Shown: positions 28,422 through 38,944 of the stretch, piece by piece | How the letters are laid out: each line of letters starts with the position of its first letter | Numbering within the stretch: the first letter of the stretch is position 1 | Assembly (NCBI GenBank): GCA_027623195.1 | Contig: JAQBUT010000009.1 | Location: 26,528-90,527 of the forward strand | Length of the DNA stretch: 64,000 bases | Direction of reading: 5' to 3' | From: Chloroflexota bacterium | Lineage (GTDB): Bacteria > Chloroflexota > Dehalococcoidia > Lucifugimonadales > JADFKI01 | Notes under the pieces: model-generated | What the model was told of the DNA's origin: nothing | What the model saw: the letters and a program-made list of their open reading frames with translations, nothing else | The model's database searches: none | Translations under genes and position numbers: made by a program

Positions 28422-29651
28422 ATGACGCTAACCAGCAGCCAAGACACCGCAGAACAGCAAGAAATGGCTCAGCTGGATTTGACCGGTTGGGGGACTCTGG
28501 GAGACGCGCTTGCGCAGTTCGAAGACGGCCCCATCAACGTCTTCGGCGGTATCCCTGGAGAGCGGGTGATGGCCCGCATACTGAGATACCGCCGTCGCCG
28601 CCAAGACCATGTCTCCGGTATAGTCACAGACGTTTTGTCGCCCTCACCTCATCGCGTGGAAGCTCCTTGCGGCTACTTCGGGCAGTGTACAGGCTGCCAG
28701 TGGCAACACATCGAGTACAGACACCAGCTAAAGCTAAAGCAGGACAGGGTGGAAGACAACATGTCCCAATACCCTCAACTTCAAGGCGTGGATGTTTCAC
28801 CTACCATGCCCAGCCCTCAGCTTATGAACTACCGCAATCACGCTCGCTTCACCATCCGAAACCAGGGGCAGATGGGCTTCATAAACAGGCTGAGCCGGCG
28901 TTTCGTGAAAGTGGACGATTGCATGATAATGGCCCCCTGGATAAACGAGGCCCTGGGGTCCTTGCAGGACAAAGCTTGGGAGACCACCCAGATGTCAATT
29001 CGCTACGGAGTGAACACGGGCGACTGGCTAATCCAGCCGGCACTTAAGAATCCTGAAATAACCATCGCCACAGGCCAGACTCACTACACCGAAAGGCTGA
29101 TGAATCACGACTTGCGCATCGCATCGCCATCTTTCGCCCAGGTGAACACTCCACAGACCGAGCAGATGATGGGCCTGGTCCGCGAGCGGCTGCACCTGAC
29201 AGGACAAGAGCTTCTCATAGACGCATACGCCGGTGTCGGCACTTTCGCTGTGCTTCTGTCGTCTTCAGTTCGTAAAGTTATAGCTATTGAAGAATCTGCT
29301 GCGGCTGTAAAAGATGCTGCCGTTAATACGGAGGGCATCGAGAACCTGGAGTTCATCGAGGGACGAACGGAAGAGGTACTGAAAGAGCTTGGCAAAACGC
29401 CCGACGCAGTTATCCTGGACCCGCCACGCGTGGGGTGCCATCCGGACACTTTGACGGCGCTGGTGCGGTATCCAGCAAAACGAATTGCCTACGTTTCCTG
29501 CGACCCGGAAACCTTGGCGCGAGACCTGGCAATATTGGTGGATGGCGGGTACGAAGTCGAGTCGGTGGAACCCATCGATATGTTTCCGCAGACGCACCAC
29601 GTCGAATGCCTAACGGTATTGAAGCATGGCGTTAAAGGCGGGTCCGAATGA
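28422..29651 (+). CDS. rlmD: 23S rRNA m5U methyltransferase RlmD/TrmA family
   Basis: TRAM-like N-terminus, CGYFGQCTGC, DAYAGVG, LDPPR, YVSCDP, DMFPQTHHVE. Confidence 0.85.
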   Translation: MTLTSSQDTAEQQEMAQLDLTGWGTLGDALAQFEDGPINVFGGIPGERVMARILRYRRRRQDHVSGIVTDVLSPSPHRVEAPCGYFGQCTGCQWQHIEYRHQLKLKQDRVEDNMSQYPQLQGVDVSPTMPSPQLMNYRNHARFTIRNQGQMGFINRLSRRFVKVDDCMIMAPWINEALGSLQDKAWETTQMSIRYGVNTGDWLIQPALKNPEITIATGQTHYTERLMNHDLRIASPSFAQVNTPQTEQMMGLVRERLHLTGQELLIDAYAGVGTFAVLLSSSVRKVIAIEESAAAVKDAAVNTEGIENLEFIEGRTEEVLKELGKTPDAVILDPPRVGCHPDTLTALVRYPAKRIAYVSCDPETLARDLAILVDGGYEVESVEPIDMFPQTHHVECLTVLKHGVKGGSE

Positions 29652-29670
29652 CCGCCGGTTTGATCGCACA

Positions 29671-30351
29671 ATGAACACACCCGTCGGCAATCCCAATCGA
29701 ATGCGCATTGCCCTGGCCTCTGGTTCTCCAAGGCGACGGGAAATCGTCAAGGCGCTGGACGCTGCCGTGGATGTCATTGGCTCCAACGGTGAAGAGCCTT
29801 CGCCCGAATCGGGTGAATCGCCATCCGAGTACGTGCAGCGATTGGCAGAGCTTAAGGCTCGTGGCTCAACCCCGTCAGAGGACCAGACCATAGTTATTGG
29901 CGCGGACACGTCGGTGGTTCTGGACGGCGCAATCCTAGGCAAGCCTGAGGACAACGCAGAGGCAGAGGTGATGCTCAGAGCGCTTCGCGGACGGATCCAC
30001 GGAGTTATAACGGGGGTTGCCGTGCTCAATACGGCCACCGGCATTTGCAGGACCATTTCCAGGTCCAGTGACGTCCACTTGCGGCAGTATACGGACGAGG
30101 AGATGCTGGCCTACATCGCGTCGGGTGAGCCTATGGACAAAGCTGGGGCTTACGCCGCGCAGGACCAGAACTTTCGACCTGCGATACGCATAGTTGGCTG
30201 CTACCTCAACGTGGTGGGGCTTCCACTATGCGACACCATATCTCTGTTGAGTAAAATGGGTGTAGAGGCAGCCATAAGGAAGCAGTGGAAGATTCCCGAA
30301 GAGTGTGAAAACTGTGAGCTGTCGTACGCGGTGAGGGGTCAGGACAGGTGA
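29671..30351 (+). CDS. maf: Maf/YhdE nucleoside triphosphate pyrophosphatase
   Basis: LASGSPRR, GADT, GKP, DKAGAY, NVVGLP; start uncertain. Confidence 0.92.
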   Translation: MNTPVGNPNRMRIALASGSPRRREIVKALDAAVDVIGSNGEEPSPESGESPSEYVQRLAELKARGSTPSEDQTIVIGADTSVVLDGAILGKPEDNAEAEVMLRALRGRIHGVITGVAVLNTATGICRTISRSSDVHLRQYTDEEMLAYIASGEPMDKAGAYAAQDQNFRPAIRIVGCYLNVVGLPLCDTISLLSKMGVEAAIRKQWKIPEECENCELSYAVRGQDR

Positions 30352-30767
30352 ATTTTTTAGGCATCGGTCCACCGGAACTAATCGTCGTCCTACTGGTGGC
30401 ATTCATATTTTTAGGCCCGGAGCGCATGGTGGAGGTCGCCAGATTGTTTGGCCGGCTTACCCGTGAGGTCCGCAAGATGACTGCTGATGTCCGTGATTTG
30501 GTGGACGTAGACGAGTTAACGAAGCCACGCCCAACCGGCAAAACCGACCAGCAAGACTCCCGGCCAAACCAGGCCGATACTAACCAACTGGCTGCCCCTG
30601 ATGCCAGCGCGGCTGCAAACAGCCCCAGCGCCCCTGCCGAGTCTGATGGTCCGGTCTCTTTCAAGAGCGCCAGGGAGCTTCATCGCGAAAACGTGGAAGA
30701 ACAGGCCGATCAGCAAGACGCCCTGCCCCCTGAATCACAGGCCGACTCATCAGAGGAAAGGTCTTGA
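30348..30767 (+). CDS. tatB: Tat translocase TatB-like subunit
   Basis: GIGPPEL, GPERM amphipathic helix, long polar tail; precedes tatC. Confidence 0.8.
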   Translation: MNFLGIGPPELIVVLLVAFIFLGPERMVEVARLFGRLTREVRKMTADVRDLVDVDELTKPRPTGKTDQQDSRPNQADTNQLAAPDASAAANSPSAPAESDGPVSFKSARELHRENVEEQADQQDALPPESQADSSEERS

Positions 30768-31540
30768 ACCAGGAAAGCCTAACCTCAATTCAAGAACATC
30801 TGCTGGAGTTGCGAAGGCGTCTGTTCTACTCGTCCATCGCCATCGTAATCTGCACAGGGGTGGCATTCGCCTTCCACCAGCAAATCCTCATATTGCTAAT
30901 GGTGCCCGCTGGAGGATTCCAGGATATTCCAGGCGGCAAACCCATCGCCACTGAGATAACCGAGTTCGTCAGCACGGCCATGAAAGCCTCATTAATGGTT
31001 GGGATATTCGTTTCATTCCCATTCGTTTTTTTCCAGCTGGCGATGTTCGTTTCACCTGGCCTTACGCGGTCGGAAAGGCGATACCTGTTTGCTCTTTTAC
31101 CGGTGGCTATCCTAGTTTTTCTCCTAGGGGCCGCCTTCGGCTACAAGATTCTTATCCCGCCAATGGTCACGTTTTTGCTGAACTTTGGTAACGAAGTGGT
31201 GACCCCTCAGATTCGTATAGGTCGATACGTCAGTACAGTGCTATCGCTGCTTATATGGTTGGGCGTACTGTTCGAAACCCCTGTGGTGCTCTTCTTCCTG
31301 GCGAAAATAGGCCTTGTCACACCGAGATTCCTACTTACCAACTGGCGGTATGCCCTGGTCGTTTCTTTCGTTCTTGGGGCCATTATCACGCCTAGCATCG
31401 ACCCGGTAAACCAGGCAATAGTAGCGTTTCCTATACTGGGGCTTTACATCGCAGGCATAGGCATGGCGTGGATCGGGACGCGGGGACGCACCAAGGGCCG
31501 GTCTGCCGAACTTGGCCTCGATACCACTACTGAGGACTGA
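30764..31540 (+). CDS. tatC: Tat translocase TatC
   Basis: EHLLELRRRL, FVSPGL...E, FETP, AIITP..D. Confidence 0.96.
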   Translation: MNQESLTSIQEHLLELRRRLFYSSIAIVICTGVAFAFHQQILILLMVPAGGFQDIPGGKPIATEITEFVSTAMKASLMVGIFVSFPFVFFQLAMFVSPGLTRSERRYLFALLPVAILVFLLGAAFGYKILIPPMVTFLLNFGNEVVTPQIRIGRYVSTVLSLLIWLGVLFETPVVLFFLAKIGLVTPRFLLTNWRYALVVSFVLGAIITPSIDPVNQAIVAFPILGLYIAGIGMAWIGTRGRTKGRSAELGLDTTTED

Positions 31541-31546
31541 TAACAA

Positions 31547-31578
31547 AAGAATCCCGGAGATTTATCTCCGGGATTCTT
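31547..31578. terminator. Bidirectional terminator
   Basis: AAGAATCCCGGAGA/TCTCCGGGATTCTT. Confidence 0.85.
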
Positions 31579-31605
31579 GCTTGCTCTTCTAATTTGTGTG
31601 GAGGA

Positions 31606-31830
31606 CTACGCCGGGGTGTTAGGCGCTTTCTCCTCAGACTTTTCGACCACAGCCTCGGATACAGCCGGTGCAGGGGCTTCATCATCCTCGTTCTGTGACT
31701 TACGAAACTCCCGGATGGCCTTGCCCATGGTCTGGCCCACCTGAGGAAGCTTGCCTACGCCGAATATCATCATCACGATGACCAGCACTATGATCAACTC
31801 TAGAGGCCCAATTCCCCTCAAAAAACCCAT
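31606..31830 (-). CDS. tatA: Tat translocase TatA
   Basis: GPLEL, FGVGKLP, GKAIREFRK. Confidence 0.95.
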   Translation of the reverse strand: MGFLRGIGPLELIIVLVIVMMIFGVGKLPQVGQTMGKAIREFRKSQNEDDEAPAPAVSEAVVEKSEEKAPNTPA

Positions 31831-31905
31831 CGCTAACCATCCGCATTCTACTAACGCCTGATTGCGTCTTTAACTTGTAGTTTAACTAAAACCTTAGACG
31901 CTAAA

Positions 31906-31934
31906 ATCATAGCCTTATTTGGGGTTTACGTCAA
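31906..31934 (-). promoter_or_regulatory. Sigma70-type promoter for tatA
   Basis: Minus strand TTGACG-N17-TATGAT. Confidence 0.65.
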
Positions 31935-32065
31935 TGCGAGGGTCGCCGTGAGTCCAATCAAATATGCTATAATTCGCAATGTTTTGAGTGGCTATGGCCC
32001 GCTTAATACCGCCGGTGACATCCGGTTTCCGCAAACCCCACTCTCATACCCAGGAGGAAGGCTGA

Positions 32066-32764
32066 ATGGCTGAAGACAGCCGTAGACAGTTCGTGAAGTT
32101 CAATTTCTTCAAGGTGGACCCCCAGTGGCGACGCCTTGATAAGAAAACCAAGGCAGACCATAAAGAAGAGTTTGCCGCCGTCGTGGATGAGACGGCCTCG
32201 ACCATATTCTCCCGAACGTTCAGCCTGGTAGGCCTTCGAGGGGACACCGACTTCTTGCTGTGGCAGGCCGCAGACGACCTCGAAAGCATCCAGGACTCGG
32301 CCACGCGAATGTGGTCTACCGGCCTGGGAGGGTACCTGACACAGCCACACTCCTACCTGGCTATGACACACAGGTCCCCTTACGTTTCGCAACACAAGCA
32401 TGCAGGACAGGAAGGCACCAGCACCCGCCTTCGACCAGGCAAAGCCGAATATTTCATCGTGTACCCATTCCTAAAGACTCGCGAATGGTACCTGCTCCCG
32501 CCGGAGGAGCGGCAGCGCATGATGAACGACCATTTCAAGATAGGTCACGACTTCCCGTCCGTAAAAATCAATACCACCTACTCCTTTGGGCTGGACGATC
32601 AGGAGTTCGTAGTGGCATTCGAGACCGATAGCCCTTCGGACTTCCTGGACCTTGTGATGGCCCTGCGTGGAGTTGAGGGCAGTCTGTACACACTTCGGGA
32701 TACGCCAATCTTCACCTGCATCCACCGGTCTATAGACGACACGCTCGATAGCCTGGGCGGATAG
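32066..32764 (+). CDS. Chlorite dismutase/coproheme decarboxylase (ChdC/HemQ) family protein
   Basis: GLRGDTDF, YPF.K..EWY.L..EER..MM..H, SFGLDDQEF; AGGAGG RBS. Confidence 0.88.
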   Translation: MAEDSRRQFVKFNFFKVDPQWRRLDKKTKADHKEEFAAVVDETASTIFSRTFSLVGLRGDTDFLLWQAADDLESIQDSATRMWSTGLGGYLTQPHSYLAMTHRSPYVSQHKHAGQEGTSTRLRPGKAEYFIVYPFLKTREWYLLPPEERQRMMNDHFKIGHDFPSVKINTTYSFGLDDQEFVVAFETDSPSDFLDLVMALRGVEGSLYTLRDTPIFTCIHRSIDDTLDSLGG

Positions 32765-32775
32765 ATACGAAAACA

Positions 32776-32803
32776 AAAAGGGGGCGATTTCTCACCCCCT
32801 TTT
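32776..32803. terminator. Bidirectional terminator
   Basis: AAAAGGGGG/CCCCCTTTT. Confidence 0.75.
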
Positions 32804-32827
32804 ACTTGAACTAAATATCACCTCAGG

Positions 32828-34174
32828 TTATCTCATGATATCTTCAGCGGTTCGGACCTCTGTATCCGGATGAAACGCCTGCCATGCAAACCAGAAGTGG
32901 TTGGCATGCACAACCGGGGCCAAGCTTCTTCCCACCAAGTCACCAGCCACCGCCTGACCAAGAACATTCCATTCGGAGCCGGTCTGCTCGTCCACTATTG
33001 CCCCGTCCTGCAACGCGAATGTCAGGTCTCGGCCATCCAAAGTTGGGCTAAATACGCCAGTAGACCCGACTGTCCTTCTCCCCTCCGGGCCTCGACCGTC
33101 GAAAGCGGATAACGTGCCATCGGCAAAGAAGATGACGATATCCTGACCTGACACGGTGTCGTGCACGACAGGCGACTCGCTGAAGCCCCCGAACGGGTAT
33201 GCGACCTTCTCTTGCCCCAAGTCCAGCCCGATCACCCGCTCCATGGCGGGCAGCTTCGAATCGATTGCGCCTCCGAACAGGAACGGTTGGCCTCCCAGAT
33301 TATCGTATCCGGAGTAAGGCGGCGTGTTGTAATTTCTGGAGAACCCTGTTTCTCTGGTCAGCACCTGGCCATCGGGATAAGCCTCTGTGAACTCCTTCCA
33401 GGAGGTCAGCGGCGCCGGAATAAAAGTCAGTTTTGTGCCGGTTAGCTCGCCTACGATGGCCTCTCCAGTGATCTGCTGCCACCACGACTCTGTCTGGCGG
33501 TCCCACATCACCAGGTCGCTCTTTCGCAGCATACCCGAGGTGCCGAAGTCCAACACCTGTTCGCCAACTCTACGATCGAAGGTAATAGCGGTGTTGCACA
33601 GTGGGCAATACGTCACACTGACCGGCACGCCGCCCACCTCGTCGTTAACAATCTCATGCCATATCAGAATGGCCAGCGGGTAGGCTCTGGCATCGCCGTT
33701 AATCTCCAACGCTATGACAGGCTCGTTTGCACCCATATTTTCTGGTGGATTGGCCACGGAGGCGTACATCGGGTTGTCTATGGGTGGAATGCCGTCCCGA
33801 GGAGGCCCGCCGGACATTATCTCGTCGTATGACACCGTATGGCGGCTGAAGTCGGTCTTCCACTGCCGCTGAAGGAATTCAGGGGGTCTCTCGTTAGGGT
33901 CCCGCAGATTCACATCTGGAAGCGAGGATGCCACATTTGGCTCCGGCTTTGTGGTGGCCGTAACAGCCAATTCCGGCGTCGCGGTAGCACCAAGAGGCGT
34001 CCGTGTCTCCGCGATAGGCGTTGGGGTCGCTGTTGACGTTATAGCGGTCGAAGGAGCCGCTGCCGTAGGTGCCGTCTCCGGCGCGGCGGCTGGTGAGCTT
34101 ACTACGCTGGTGCAGGCTATCGCCGTCAAAGTAAGAATGCTGACCGCACTCAGGAACGCTGACCTCGAAAACAT
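32828..34174 (-). CDS. DUF3179-domain lipoprotein
   Basis: Lipobox AIAC, P/T linker, GGPPRDGIPPID, HEIVND, YCPLC, DRQTESWWQQ, FWFAW. Confidence 0.88.
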   Translation of the reverse strand: MFSRSAFLSAVSILTLTAIACTSVVSSPAAAPETAPTAAAPSTAITSTATPTPIAETRTPLGATATPELAVTATTKPEPNVASSLPDVNLRDPNERPPEFLQRQWKTDFSRHTVSYDEIMSGGPPRDGIPPIDNPMYASVANPPENMGANEPVIALEINGDARAYPLAILIWHEIVNDEVGGVPVSVTYCPLCNTAITFDRRVGEQVLDFGTSGMLRKSDLVMWDRQTESWWQQITGEAIVGELTGTKLTFIPAPLTSWKEFTEAYPDGQVLTRETGFSRNYNTPPYSGYDNLGGQPFLFGGAIDSKLPAMERVIGLDLGQEKVAYPFGGFSESPVVHDTVSGQDIVIFFADGTLSAFDGRGPEGRRTVGSTGVFSPTLDGRDLTFALQDGAIVDEQTGSEWNVLGQAVAGDLVGRSLAPVVHANHFWFAWQAFHPDTEVRTAEDIMR

Positions 34175-34364
34175 AGTCTACCTCTGATCTAGTGCCGAAT
34201 TCTCGTCTGGACATGTGCCTTCTAGTTGGATGCGCACCCACTTAAAACGGTGAATGCCCCTACCCCAAGTGCGAATGAACACCGTAGTTGAAATCCGGTC
34301 GTTGCCGGGTATACTAAACGAAAGCAACCTTCCGGTTCTTTACGTGCCGGTACAGGCATTGAGC

Positions 34365-35510
34365 ATGGACTACCCTGACAACAGCTACTACTTCAACACT
34401 GACGCCCATTCTGCACGCCGCCGAGGCCTTCGCAGACTTGGCGTTAGCCGGTCTTTCGCCCTGGGATTGGCAGCGATAGCCATCTTGTTGGGCTTTTCTT
34501 TCGGCATAATGGTCTCCGATTCGTTAGAAACGTCCCGAACGCCTCTTTTCGACGAGGGTATGGTGACCAGGCTTTTCGAAAACGCCAGCCCAGCCGTTGT
34601 GGAGATAACGGTCATTCGGGAAAATAACAACTTGCCGTTCTCCGCCTTGGGGACCGGGTCGGGATTCCTGGTCGACGGAACAGGCCACATCCTGACGAAC
34701 AACCACGTAATTGAAGGGGCAGACGAGATTCGAGTGAATCTTTTCGACGGACGCACGCTTGTCGCAACACGCCTGGGAATCAGCCCGGCCGACGATCTTG
34801 CGCTGCTTCAAGTAGATCCAGCTGAATTGGCCGGTATCAAGCCATTAAAGTTGGCCAATTCGGACGACGTCGACCCCGGTCAGTTGGCTGTAGCCATAGG
34901 AAGCCCATTCCGAAACTTCAATTCCGTGACCGTGGGAATTGTCAGCGGAACCGGTCGCGGTCCGATAAGTCCGCTTCAAAGACCCATACCCGACATGATA
35001 CAGACCGACGCGGCCCTTAATCCCGGTAACTCCGGTGGACCGCTGCTCAACTCACAGGGCGAGGTAATCGGAGTAACATCGGCCGTGCGCACGCCAGCCC
35101 TACAAGGCATTGGTGATTTCCGAATCGGGTTCGCTGTACCCAGCAACACCATCTCGCATCTCTTGCCGGACCTGCTGGTAGCCCAGGAGATACGAAGACC
35201 CTGGCTGGGAATAAGCGGGGGGCCCATAAGCGAACAGCTTTCAGAGATGCTCGGCATCGAAAGTGGTGTTGTGGTGACACAGGTTCTGGCGGGCAGTCCG
35301 GCGAAACAGGCCGGTTTACAGCCATTCCGGTCTCTCACGAATCAAGGTGACGTCATCATTTCCATAGACGATACGCCCATCGGCTCCGTTGACGACATGG
35401 TGTCCTACTTCAATCGCAAGCGACCCGGCGACGATGTGAAGCTGCTGTTGAACAGGGATGGTCAAGAACTAAATATTGATGTAAAGCTAGCTGCCTGGCC
35501 TGACACTTAA
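34365..35510 (+). CDS. HtrA/DegP-family serine protease with PDZ
   Basis: TM anchor, TNNHV, DLALL, QTDAALNPGNSGGP, PDZ. Confidence 0.95.
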   Translation: MDYPDNSYYFNTDAHSARRRGLRRLGVSRSFALGLAAIAILLGFSFGIMVSDSLETSRTPLFDEGMVTRLFENASPAVVEITVIRENNNLPFSALGTGSGFLVDGTGHILTNNHVIEGADEIRVNLFDGRTLVATRLGISPADDLALLQVDPAELAGIKPLKLANSDDVDPGQLAVAIGSPFRNFNSVTVGIVSGTGRGPISPLQRPIPDMIQTDAALNPGNSGGPLLNSQGEVIGVTSAVRTPALQGIGDFRIGFAVPSNTISHLLPDLLVAQEIRRPWLGISGGPISEQLSEMLGIESGVVVTQVLAGSPAKQAGLQPFRSLTNQGDVIISIDDTPIGSVDDMVSYFNRKRPGDDVKLLLNRDGQELNIDVKLAAWPDT

Positions 35511-35546
35511 GACCCGAACGCATGCGGCAAATTATGACGTTAAATG

Positions 35547-35576
35547 AAAAGGGGCAGGCCTATCGGCCTGCCCTTT
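35547..35576. terminator. Bidirectional terminator
   Basis: AAAAGGGGCAGGCC/GGCCTGCCCTTT. Confidence 0.8.
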
Positions 35577-35609
35577 GCTCATTAGCTGTTTCGAAAAGTC
35601 CGAGAAGTG

Positions 35610-36986
35610 CTAAAGCTCCTGCTCCAACTTGCCGATCATGGAGTCGAGCTGACGAACCAGGTGGTCTACTTCTTCCTTGGTTATGCACAGCGGTGGAGAC
35701 AGCGGTATGACATCCGCCGCCCTGCCCAGCATGTTGTGCTCCCGCATTAGCCGGGATACCTTTTGCCCTACGCCAGCCTCTGCCGGGAAGCGCTCTCGCG
35801 TATCCCGGTCCTTCACTATTTCAACGGCAGCAAGCAAACCCATGCCTCCTCGGACATCGCCCACTATACGGTGCTCGTACAGGCTCTGGAGCTGCTCATA
35901 CAGGTAATCGCCCATCTTGGCGGAGTTTTCCACCATTCCCTCGCCTTCCATGATGTCCAGGTTGGCCATGCCGGCCGCGCAGGAAGTGGGGTTGCCTCCG
36001 AAGGTGAACAGGTGCTGGAATGTCGAACCGCCCTCGCCCATGAAGGCGTTTGCAATCTTACTGCTGGCCACGGCTGCGCCAATGGGCAGGTAGCCGCTGG
36101 TCAGGGCCTTGGCAACAGTGAAGATGTCTGGCTGAACGCCCCAATGCTCGGTGGCGAACATTTTGCCCGTGCGGCCGAACCCTGTGATGACCTCGTCGCA
36201 AATCATTACAACGCCATGCTTGTCGCAAATCTCGCGTATGGTCGGCCAGTATTCGGGATGTGGCACGAAAATGCCCGCCGCTGCCGAGATTGGCTCGCCT
36301 ATAAACGCCGCCACGGTGGATGGGCCTTCGTTCTGTATGGTTCGGTCTACGTCCCGGGCGCACTCAAGATTGCAGCCGCCCTTGTCCCGGCAGAACTGAC
36401 ACCTGTACTCTCCTGGTTGCGCTACGTGAACGTTGCCCGGCACCAGCGGACCGAAGTCCGACGGCAGACTCCCCATGATGCCGCCGCGTCCAAGGCTGGT
36501 GCAGGCCAACGTCGCCCCGTGATACGAACCCCACCGGCTCAGAATCTTCCAGCGGGTTCCTTCACCATTAATCATGTGGTAGTTCTTCGCCATCTTGAGA
36601 GCGGTCTCAACGGCCTCAGAGCCGCCGCTGACGAAGTAAATACGTGAATCCTTATCCGGAGCCAGTTTCGCAACTCTGGCGGCCAGATGAGCCGTTGAAG
36701 GGCTCACAGTATCAAACGGCGAGAAGCTTATCTCTTGCATCTGCTTGTACACCGCGTCTGCTATCTCTTTACGTCCGTGGCCGATGTTCTTGAGCCACAA
36801 GCCAGCCATAGTGTCGAACCACTGCTGGCCCTCGGCATCTTCCACCCAGACGCCCTTGGCCCTGGTCACCACCTTGAGGCCCGTCTCCTCCGACATGTCT
36901 CCCGCCATTTTGGAATGGGGCCAGAAGTGGTCTGCGGCCTCTTGCTTGATTTGCTCGATCTCTTCGCCGGTAAGACGGGTAACCAC
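35610..36986 (-). CDS. Class III (omega) aminotransferase
   Basis: GGSEAVE, SYHG, DEVITGFGRTG, AKALTSGY.P; GTG start after AGAGGTG. Confidence 0.93.
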   Translation of the reverse strand: MVTRLTGEEIEQIKQEAADHFWPHSKMAGDMSEETGLKVVTRAKGVWVEDAEGQQWFDTMAGLWLKNIGHGRKEIADAVYKQMQEISFSPFDTVSPSTAHLAARVAKLAPDKDSRIYFVSGGSEAVETALKMAKNYHMINGEGTRWKILSRWGSYHGATLACTSLGRGGIMGSLPSDFGPLVPGNVHVAQPGEYRCQFCRDKGGCNLECARDVDRTIQNEGPSTVAAFIGEPISAAAGIFVPHPEYWPTIREICDKHGVVMICDEVITGFGRTGKMFATEHWGVQPDIFTVAKALTSGYLPIGAAVASSKIANAFMGEGGSTFQHLFTFGGNPTSCAAGMANLDIMEGEGMVENSAKMGDYLYEQLQSLYEHRIVGDVRGGMGLLAAVEIVKDRDTRERFPAEAGVGQKVSRLMREHNMLGRAADVIPLSPPLCITKEEVDHLVRQLDSMIGKLEQEL

Positions 36987-37145
36987 AGTAGTTGCACCTC
37001 TCTGACAATTATCCGCACTCAATTCTTGAAGGGCGCGGATTTACCCGGCATGGTACCATTTTCGATGTGCCCACGCCATCAAGAATGAACGGATTCGTTG
37101 ACATGGAGGCGAGCAAATCCTCACATAAGCTGGAAGAGGTATTTC

Positions 37146-38237
37146 GTGGACTCAAGCCTGTTTGACATTGCCCAGAAGTTTCGGCAATTCGCCCTGTTGG
37201 AAACCAGAGGCTCGTCGCCGCTGTATGAGAAATTGTGCCTGGATATTTCCCAAGACTCCGATCTCCTGTCGCTGGCGTTGGAGACTCGACAAGGCCAACC
37301 TCCGCCGAACCTCTTCATGGCTACCGTGCACTGGCTACTGATGCAAGAACCCACGCACGCCTTGGCCCGTCACTATCCCAATCTATTCCCCAACGCAGAC
37401 CAGGACCAGACTCCAGAATCCGACCCCTTCCCGCTATTCAAGGACTTCTGCATGCAGCGACAAGAGGTAATGCGTAAGATTCTTTCGGAAAGGCGTGTGC
37501 AGACCAACGTGGTGGAGCGATGCGGCCTGCTATTGCCAGGCTTCACGGTGATATCGGAACGCACGGGCGGCAAGCCGATGGCTATGATCGAATTCGGCGC
37601 CAGCGCGGGCCTCAACTTGCTATGGGACAAGTACACATACGATTACGGCGAGGGGTTGCGGTCAGGTGATCTGGATTCGTCAGTGAAGATAGTGACCTCT
37701 TTTGGAAACCGAAGGCCGCCAATATTCAAGAATATACCCCGTATTAGCCAGCGCGTAGGCATCGACCTGAATCCAATCGACGTTACATCTGAGCGGGAAA
37801 CGTCCTGGCTGCAGGCGCTTGTGTGGCCCGAGAACACGGCGCGGTTCAACAACCTGGGAAACGCCATTGCCATAGCAAAAGACGACCCGCCGACAATGGT
37901 TGCGGGTGATGCAGTGGACGTTTTACCGGAAATCATAAGGCAAGCACCTGCCGATTCAACGCCGTGCGTATATCACACTCACACCGTCAATCAGTTCACG
38001 CCAGACGGGCGAGAGCGATTGGAGCGGCTTATGATCGAAGCAGGGCTGGAGCGCGACCTTTACTGGCTGTCTAGTGAGTACCGCAGTTCCGAGGACCAAC
38101 TCCACCGCGCCCAGGTTCCTAACGACATTAGCCCAACGCTTCTGCTGACTTCGTTCGTGGAAGGCCGCCGTACTGATGAGGTCCTGGCCCGATGCCAAAC
38201 CCACGGCCAATGGCTGGAGTGGCTTCAGGCCGAGTAA
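37146..38237 (+). CDS. DUF2332-family protein
   Basis: SPLY, VQTN, EFGASAGLNL, GIDLNP, ALVWPE. Confidence 0.85.
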   Translation: MDSSLFDIAQKFRQFALLETRGSSPLYEKLCLDISQDSDLLSLALETRQGQPPPNLFMATVHWLLMQEPTHALARHYPNLFPNADQDQTPESDPFPLFKDFCMQRQEVMRKILSERRVQTNVVERCGLLLPGFTVISERTGGKPMAMIEFGASAGLNLLWDKYTYDYGEGLRSGDLDSSVKIVTSFGNRRPPIFKNIPRISQRVGIDLNPIDVTSERETSWLQALVWPENTARFNNLGNAIAIAKDDPPTMVAGDAVDVLPEIIRQAPADSTPCVYHTHTVNQFTPDGRERLERLMIEAGLERDLYWLSSEYRSSEDQLHRAQVPNDISPTLLLTSFVEGRRTDEVLARCQTHGQWLEWLQAE

Positions 38238-38297
38238 CGCAAAACAGGGCGATTCGCCGTGCCGAACCGCCCTGTAAAATCTGCCGTCAGAAGGCTG

Positions 38298-38912
38298 CTA
38301 CTGCATAGGTGAGCAGGCAGCGGGTATGAGGAGCTTGTTCTCCTGCTTGATGGGCGACACACCGCTAGGAGGCGGCCATACGCCCTTCTCTCGCGTCTCG
38401 GCTCGCACCTTCATGCGCTGCTCCATGCTGTCGTAGGCCCACATGTGGAACCATCGATTGAGGTCTCCAACATCGGAGTACCACGCACCAACCAGAGGCG
38501 AGTACTTCTGGCGCTCTTCAATTGCTCCGCCCCATGCCTCTATAACCTTGGGGATATCACCTGGGTTGTAGGTGTACATTCGCAGTTCGTAAATAGGTCC
38601 GATTTTCCTGTCACCCAGAGGCTGCATGAAAGGCGCAGGCAACAGAATCTCTGAGTTCATGTTGACGATGTACTGAGAAGTATTCGGTGGCCAAACGCCT
38701 GCCGCTACCGCCTTTGACCTGGTTGCATCCCTATCAGCCGCATTTTCATATGGCCAAACGTGCAATACCTGGTTTAGCGCTCCGAACTCGGTGTGCCAGA
38801 GGCCGCCTAGCTTGCCGAACTCCAGCCTGCCAGGGAGTTTCTCCGCGAACCCGTTCTCGAAATCGGGCACAGATCGTGGCTTAAGGTCGTACGTTCGAAA
38901 TTCGTAAATCAT
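38298..38912 (-). CDS. NIPSNAP-family protein (two domains)
   Basis: Two repeats of YE.R.Y...G.LN...H.W.Y. Confidence 0.9.
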   Translation of the reverse strand: MIYEFRTYDLKPRSVPDFENGFAEKLPGRLEFGKLGGLWHTEFGALNQVLHVWPYENAADRDATRSKAVAAGVWPPNTSQYIVNMNSEILLPAPFMQPLGDRKIGPIYELRMYTYNPGDIPKVIEAWGGAIEERQKYSPLVGAWYSDVGDLNRWFHMWAYDSMEQRMKVRAETREKGVWPPPSGVSPIKQENKLLIPAACSPMQ

Positions 38913-38944
38913 CCAATCATCTCCTTTTTGGAATCAAAGTTGGC

